In this document: in pieces, positions 59,541-64,000 of the stretch
Layout of the letters: every line of letters begins with the position of its first letter
Position numbering within the stretch: position 1 is the stretch's first letter
From: an uncultured virus (IMG/VR IMGVR_UViG_3300022602_000070)
Taxonomy: Duplodnaviria > Heunggongvirae > Uroviricota > Caudoviricetes
Length of the DNA: 64,000 nucleotides
Virus record (IMG/VR): IMGVR_UViG_3300022602_000070
Strand: one strand, 5' to 3'
Program-made: the position numbers and the translations under genes
Notes under the pieces: generated by a model
Told to the model about the DNA's origin: nothing
Databases searched by the model: none
Seen by the model: the letters and a program-made list of their open reading frames with translations, nothing else

Positions 59541-59574
59541 ATAGGCCTTAAATAATATTGAGGCCTATTTTTTT
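59541..59574 (+). terminator. Intrinsic terminator
   Basis: ATAGGCCTTA-8 nt-TGAGGCCTAT-TTTTTT. Confidence 0.75.
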
Positions 59575-59580
59575 AAAAGG

Positions 59581-59609
59581 TTGACCTTTTCCTCAAGTTA
59601 GCGTATACT
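59581..59609 (+). promoter_or_regulatory. Sigma70-type promoter
   Basis: TTGACC (59581-59586), 17 bp, TATACT (59604-59609); same hexamers as the promoter at 41011. Confidence 0.78.
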
Positions 59610-59616
59610 TACTAAT

Positions 59617-60813
59617 ATGACGACTATTGATAACTTACTATTAAAAATTGTAAACTTTACTTCACCTGCAATCGAAGAAAGATTGCACAATCGAGACTCT
59701 AAAGTGTTACGTAGCCTTGCTACATCCATTACTAGTTGTTTTTTCATCACAGAAAACCAAAGTAGATTGTTAATGAAAATTCTCAAGGAAAATTCGGAAA
59801 AATTGCCAGATTTTTCTCAAGAAATTTCAGAGGCGTTATCTGCTCCAATGTGGAGTCACGCATTTAGACAAATAGAACAAGTCAAAAAAATATACATCAG
59901 TAACAATGATGACGGCGATTTAATGTTGACTATAGATTTTAGTTTTAATTCGCAAATTCGTAAAATTATGAGTGATATTGCGAAAAAATGCGAAAATTTA
60001 GTGGTGACAAATGCCGGGAAAAAGTACTATGCAGACCTCACAGAACACAATATTGTAACACTAGTGGAAGCATTAAAACCGCATGAATTTGATATTGAAG
60101 AAAAAGTAGAAAATTACTACAATACCATAAAATCGTGGTCAGAACCCGAAATTCGTGGTCAGTTTTTAATCACCAATATGACCAATCAAAACTTTCATAA
60201 AGTCATTACTGCTGATTTAGGAATTTCAACCTCCATCGATCAAAACATCATTAATGACAGAAGTATGCGTTATCAGTATTTTACAGAAAATGTGAAAAAT
60301 CATGGTGAAACGCTGACCGAAGTCATTGCTAACAGATCAAAGACTAGACTGTGGATTGATAAAAAACAGCACTCGGTTGGCAATATTATTTCCAGTTTAA
60401 TCGATTTAAAAAGATTGCCGATGTTAGTGGTCTTCGATACACTTGTCAATAACAAGTACTTAGAAAACCTGAAAATTTTGTCGGATGCATTGGAAGAAAA
60501 CGGAATTTTTGATAACATCGGTATTTACTTTCGACTACCCAATGACGACTTAGGTAAACAGTTTAACGGTTTGATTGCAGACAAACACTACAATCATCAG
60601 TTGGATGAAAATTTAAAAGTTGCATGTGTTATGAGTGGAAAAATACCGAAATTTTTCCTAAAAAATGCCTGGAGACCTATGAGTGTACTTGCGCTAGATA
60701 GCCGTATGGGTATGCGACATGGAAAAACTGCTGTATACTCTAATTGTTGTGATTTAATTGTTGAGTGGGCAGAAGAACCGTCTGCCATGGATATAAAGGC
60801 AATACTGCGATGA
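59617..60813 (+). CDS. Hypothetical protein
   Basis: 398 aa ORF after a sigma70 promoter; ATGA overlap with uvsW. Confidence 0.75.
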   Translation: MTTIDNLLLKIVNFTSPAIEERLHNRDSKVLRSLATSITSCFFITENQSRLLMKILKENSEKLPDFSQEISEALSAPMWSHAFRQIEQVKKIYISNNDDGDLMLTIDFSFNSQIRKIMSDIAKKCENLVVTNAGKKYYADLTEHNIVTLVEALKPHEFDIEEKVENYYNTIKSWSEPEIRGQFLITNMTNQNFHKVITADLGISTSIDQNIINDRSMRYQYFTENVKNHGETLTEVIANRSKTRLWIDKKQHSVGNIISSLIDLKRLPMLVVFDTLVNNKYLENLKILSDALEENGIFDNIGIYFRLPNDDLGKQFNGLIADKHYNHQLDENLKVACVMSGKIPKFFLKNAWRPMSVLALDSRMGMRHGKTAVYSNCCDLIVEWAEEPSAMDIKAILR

Positions 60814-62279
60814 CCGTAAAATTAGTGATTCTAGACGAAGTTAACATAAAATTTGAGAATTTATCTCTCGAAGCTCGCAAACGTTTGGCCAATACATTTA
60901 AGTATGAAGATCCAACTGCACGTTATCGGCCTGCTTATAAATTAGGTCGATGGGATGGTAAAGTGTCGATGTTTGGCCTCGGTGGAAATGGCTATCTTAG
61001 CCAGCTAGAAAAGTGTCTTAGCATACTTTCAGACATGGATATTGATATCGATGAATTAGAAGATTTGCGAACAACTCCTAAAATCGAATTTACACCTGTG
61101 ACTGAAACATACTGGGCAGATCAAGGAAAAGTGTGGCCAAAAGGTCATCAACAAGAAGGTAAACCTATCATGTTGCGTGACTATCAAGTTGACGCAATTA
61201 ACACATTTTTATCAAATACACAATCGTTACAAGAAATTGCAACAGGTGCAGGAAAAACAATTACGACAGCAACATTAAGTCAACTTGCAGAAAAATTTGG
61301 TCGTACAATTACTATTGTTCCTAATAAAAGTTTAGTAGAACAAACAGAAGAAGATTTCGTTGCAGTTGGGTTAGATGTGGGTGTTTACTACGGGGATCGC
61401 AAGGATCTTAATAAAACACATACTATTTGCACATGGCAAAGTTTAAACATATTAGATAAGAAAAGTAAGAATTGGGATGCCGATGTGGCAATAACATTAG
61501 CAGAATTCTTAGACGGAGTTAAGACTGTTATTGTCGATGAAGTACATATGGCAAAGGCAGAAGTTTTAAAGAATTTACTCACACAAAATTTGTGTAACGC
61601 ACCTATACGTTGGGGATTAACTGGTACTGTTCCTAAAGACGAATTTGAAGCAGAACCTATTTTTGCTAGTATAGGTCCAGTAGTTGGCGGCATTAAAGCA
61701 CACGAATTACAAGAGATGGGAGTACTTAGCAATTTACACGTAAATGTACTACAACTCATAGATTTACCAGAATTTAAAACATATCAAGAAGAATTGAAAT
61801 ATCTTGTTACTAACAAAGACAGGATGACATATTTTAGTAGACTTGTTAAAGGCATAGCAGATTCAGGCAACACATTGATTCTAGTTAATAGAATCGATAC
61901 AGGCAAATTATTAACAGAAATGATAGAAGGCGCAGTGTTTATTTCAGGTGAAGTTAAAGGAAAAGACCGTAAAGAGGAATACAAAGAACATGCAACAATG
62001 GATAATAAAGTTACGGTCGCGACCTTTGGTGTCGCGGCTGTTGGAATTAATATACCTAGGATCTTTAACCTGGTTCTTCTTGAGCCTGGCAAGTCGTTTG
62101 TCAGGGTTATTCAGTCGATAGGACGAGGAATTCGTAAAGCAGAAGACAAGGACTTTGTACAAATCTGGGACGTAACTTCCACTTGTAAATTCGCCAAGCG
62201 TCACCTCACAACGAGGAAAAAATATTACAAGGATGCCAAGTATCCATTTACTTTAGAAAAAGTGGATTGGCAAAAATAA
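60810..62279 (+). CDS. uvsW: SF2 DNA helicase (UvsW-like)
   Basis: Start at the ATGA overlap (60810); WDGK, LRDYQ, ATGAGKT, DEVH, LTGT, QSIGRGIR. Confidence 0.9.
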   Translation: MTVKLVILDEVNIKFENLSLEARKRLANTFKYEDPTARYRPAYKLGRWDGKVSMFGLGGNGYLSQLEKCLSILSDMDIDIDELEDLRTTPKIEFTPVTETYWADQGKVWPKGHQQEGKPIMLRDYQVDAINTFLSNTQSLQEIATGAGKTITTATLSQLAEKFGRTITIVPNKSLVEQTEEDFVAVGLDVGVYYGDRKDLNKTHTICTWQSLNILDKKSKNWDADVAITLAEFLDGVKTVIVDEVHMAKAEVLKNLLTQNLCNAPIRWGLTGTVPKDEFEAEPIFASIGPVVGGIKAHELQEMGVLSNLHVNVLQLIDLPEFKTYQEELKYLVTNKDRMTYFSRLVKGIADSGNTLILVNRIDTGKLLTEMIEGAVFISGEVKGKDRKEEYKEHATMDNKVTVATFGVAAVGINIPRIFNLVLLEPGKSFVRVIQSIGRGIRKAEDKDFVQIWDVTSTCKFAKRHLTTRKKYYKDAKYPFTLEKVDWQK

Positions 62280-62285
62280 GGAATT

Positions 62286-62792
62286 ATGCAGATATTAACA
62301 TTAGACAACCAAACATTTTCATTAAACAATTTACCAGAAGAGGTTGATGAAAATACTAGATTCGCTGTATTAGATAACAGCAATCCGGCAGATCCAGATT
62401 TTTTGTTTATGCCGCTGATATTCTTAGAAAGTTTTAACGCACCAGCTATGGTATTGCGCATCGGAGATGATGAAATAGCTATGCCACTTGATTGGTGTAT
62501 AGCTGTAGGAGATAGCACTAGTGCTTGTGACATTGAAATTTTACCTTTAACTAGTTTAAATGATAGAGGATTTGAAGCATTGTGTTTTAATCCATTAAGT
62601 TCGTTTAGGGTAGAGTTTAAAAAGATAGAAATTGTAAATTTTTATAATGATGTTAAATGGTATTTTCCTAAAATGAAAAACGGCCAATTATTATCAACTC
62701 CTACACGTTTTGGTCACAAGCCCGACTGCGTATATTTTGTTAAAGAAATATCAAAACAAAATGAAATTATTCAATTGGATAAAATACTATGA
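62286..62792 (+). CDS. Hypothetical protein
   Basis: AAGGA RBS; 168 aa. Confidence 0.7.
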   Translation: MQILTLDNQTFSLNNLPEEVDENTRFAVLDNSNPADPDFLFMPLIFLESFNAPAMVLRIGDDEIAMPLDWCIAVGDSTSACDIEILPLTSLNDRGFEALCFNPLSSFRVEFKKIEIVNFYNDVKWYFPKMKNGQLLSTPTRFGHKPDCVYFVKEISKQNEIIQLDKIL

Positions 62793-63436
62793 GTTTAAAG
62801 ATAGCATATTTTCAACCTACTGTTATTTGTATTGACAATATTCCTCCCGTGGAGTTTAGTAAAATATATACGTTAGTAGAAGCATTGCATAGCAGACCAG
62901 AACTAAACGATTCCGGCAATCCATTGATTAGCATTCGTGGCGGACAACAAATACAAATTTTTCCTAATGACAAATTAGATATAGATGTTTCTTGGTTATT
63001 AAGTTATATTAAAAGTATTTGTCAAGGCTATTTAGAAATTATTACACAACAAGCTGGTGTAAACGATCTAAAACTATGTGACATTATGATTAATAGTGTA
63101 TGGACTATTCGACAAACAGAAGGCGAATATCAAGAAATGCACACACATCCTGCCGGCAATTTATCTGGAAATATGTACATTAGTGCCCCAGAATTAGTTG
63201 AAAACAGCCAACCAAGCGACAGTCAGATATTATTTAGATTACCTGCAACTAGAGATATTAACAGGTTTGTTATGACTGATACTTGGAAATATAGTCCAAC
63301 ACCAGGAACTGTTTTAGTATTCCCAAGTCATATTCCGCACACAGTATATCCTTGGCGCGGCCAGGGCACACGTACTGTATTGGCTTTTGATGCAAGGTTA
63401 ATTCCAAAGGAGGATCTATTCAATGGGGACGCTTAA
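62789..63436 (+). CDS. Putative 2OG-Fe(II) oxygenase (TIGR02466-like)
   Basis: W......Y...HTH....SG..Y, PGTVLVFPSHIPH.V.P, R.VLAF. Confidence 0.78.
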   Translation: MSLKIAYFQPTVICIDNIPPVEFSKIYTLVEALHSRPELNDSGNPLISIRGGQQIQIFPNDKLDIDVSWLLSYIKSICQGYLEIITQQAGVNDLKLCDIMINSVWTIRQTEGEYQEMHTHPAGNLSGNMYISAPELVENSQPSDSQILFRLPATRDINRFVMTDTWKYSPTPGTVLVFPSHIPHTVYPWRGQGTRTVLAFDARLIPKEDLFNGDA

Positions 63437-63734
63437 ACCAGGTGTTACATACGTTTATGAAAGAGACAATGGAGTTGTATATTCTCGAGAATTTGGCGCG
63501 GCGCCTGATACACGACAAATAGTTGGTTGGGAATACGATCCTGTAAACGGACATAAAATCGATCCAGAAGAAATGAAAAGATTCGATGTACGCAGAGCTA
63601 CTGGCGATAAAGAATTGGCTGATCATAACGAATGGATTAAAATTCGTTTGGCAGGAAAAACCAATCCCGCTTTACAACAAGCTATAGATCGTGTTAAAAT
63701 ACTATATAGACTAAGCGTAGAAAAATATGAGTGA
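63423..63734 (+). CDS. Hypothetical protein
   Basis: AGGAGG RBS; 103 aa. Confidence 0.7.
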   Translation: MGTLKPGVTYVYERDNGVVYSREFGAAPDTRQIVGWEYDPVNGHKIDPEEMKRFDVRRATGDKELADHNEWIKIRLAGKTNPALQQAIDRVKILYRLSVEKYE

Positions 63735-64000
63735 TAAAATCGAATTAAAAGAAAAGATAGCATTTGTAGACATGAACGTTCGTGCGGCTTGGGACGAAAT
63801 GACCCCCGAACAACAAAAGAGTCTCAAAAGTGAATTCTTTATTTTAAACAGATATATCAGTAGTGCTCAAGATCAAAAGCGAGATATACAAGAACATTTT
63901 GTATTAACAGTTAACGAATATTTTAATAAAAACTGGAACGATTTACAAAAACATCCTAAACTATTATGGTTGTTATTGTGTATGTGCAGTTGGAATGGTG
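63727..64000 (+). CDS. Probable clamp-loader small subunit (T4 gp62-like), 5' part
   Basis: ORF runs off the window end: MSDKIELKEKIAFVD...FILNRYISS...NEYFNKNW..L.KHPKLLW; replication context. Confidence 0.4.
   Translation, partial: MSDKIELKEKIAFVDMNVRAAWDEMTPEQQKSLKSEFFILNRYISSAQDQKRDIQEHFVLTVNEYFNKNWNDLQKHPKLLWLLLCMCSWNG

Noticed and set aside
50957..62279. Inteins or introns in terminase, UvsX or UvsW
   Set aside because: Normal lengths, contiguous motifs, no splice-junction signatures
1..64000. Stop-codon reassignment as seen in some large phages
   Set aside because: Genes are full length and densely packed under the standard code; TAA, TGA and TAG all act as stops

Overview
A 64 kb, AT-rich segment of a large T4-superfamily (jumbo-type) myophage genome using the standard genetic code. 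I saw no tRNA, rRNA or CRISPR array. 1-24346 (+) is a block of virion fibre/appendage genes, including two giant paralogues (1990 and 2963 aa) and three Cys/Gly-rich adhesin-like proteins with two assembly-chaperone-like partners. 24389-28983 (-) is an operon of a GT9-like glycosyltransferase, two SGNH-like proteins and a carbamoyltransferase. 29082-36741 (+) holds more fibre-like proteins. 36773-56575 is the neck/tail/packaging core (Nudix, gp15, gp14, gp13, dNMP kinase, HNH, a much enlarged gp18 sheath, gp19, gp4, terminases, probable internal head proteins). 56717-64000 is the recombination/replication block (gp32, UvsX, UvsY, UvsW, a 2OG-Fe(II) oxygenase, a partial clamp-loader subunit). 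Most notable: (1) a family of ~70-95 aa Thr/Gly/Ser-rich modules inserted in-frame and nested inside one another in several unrelated structural genes, including the tail sheath; (2) the Cys-rich adhesin cassette next to a glycosyl/carbamoyl modification operon; (3) a set of late genes with a TAAATA-N(4-5)-ATG, apparently leaderless, architecture; (4) several structured non-coding elements. All calls come from motif recognition by eye; no database searches were run.
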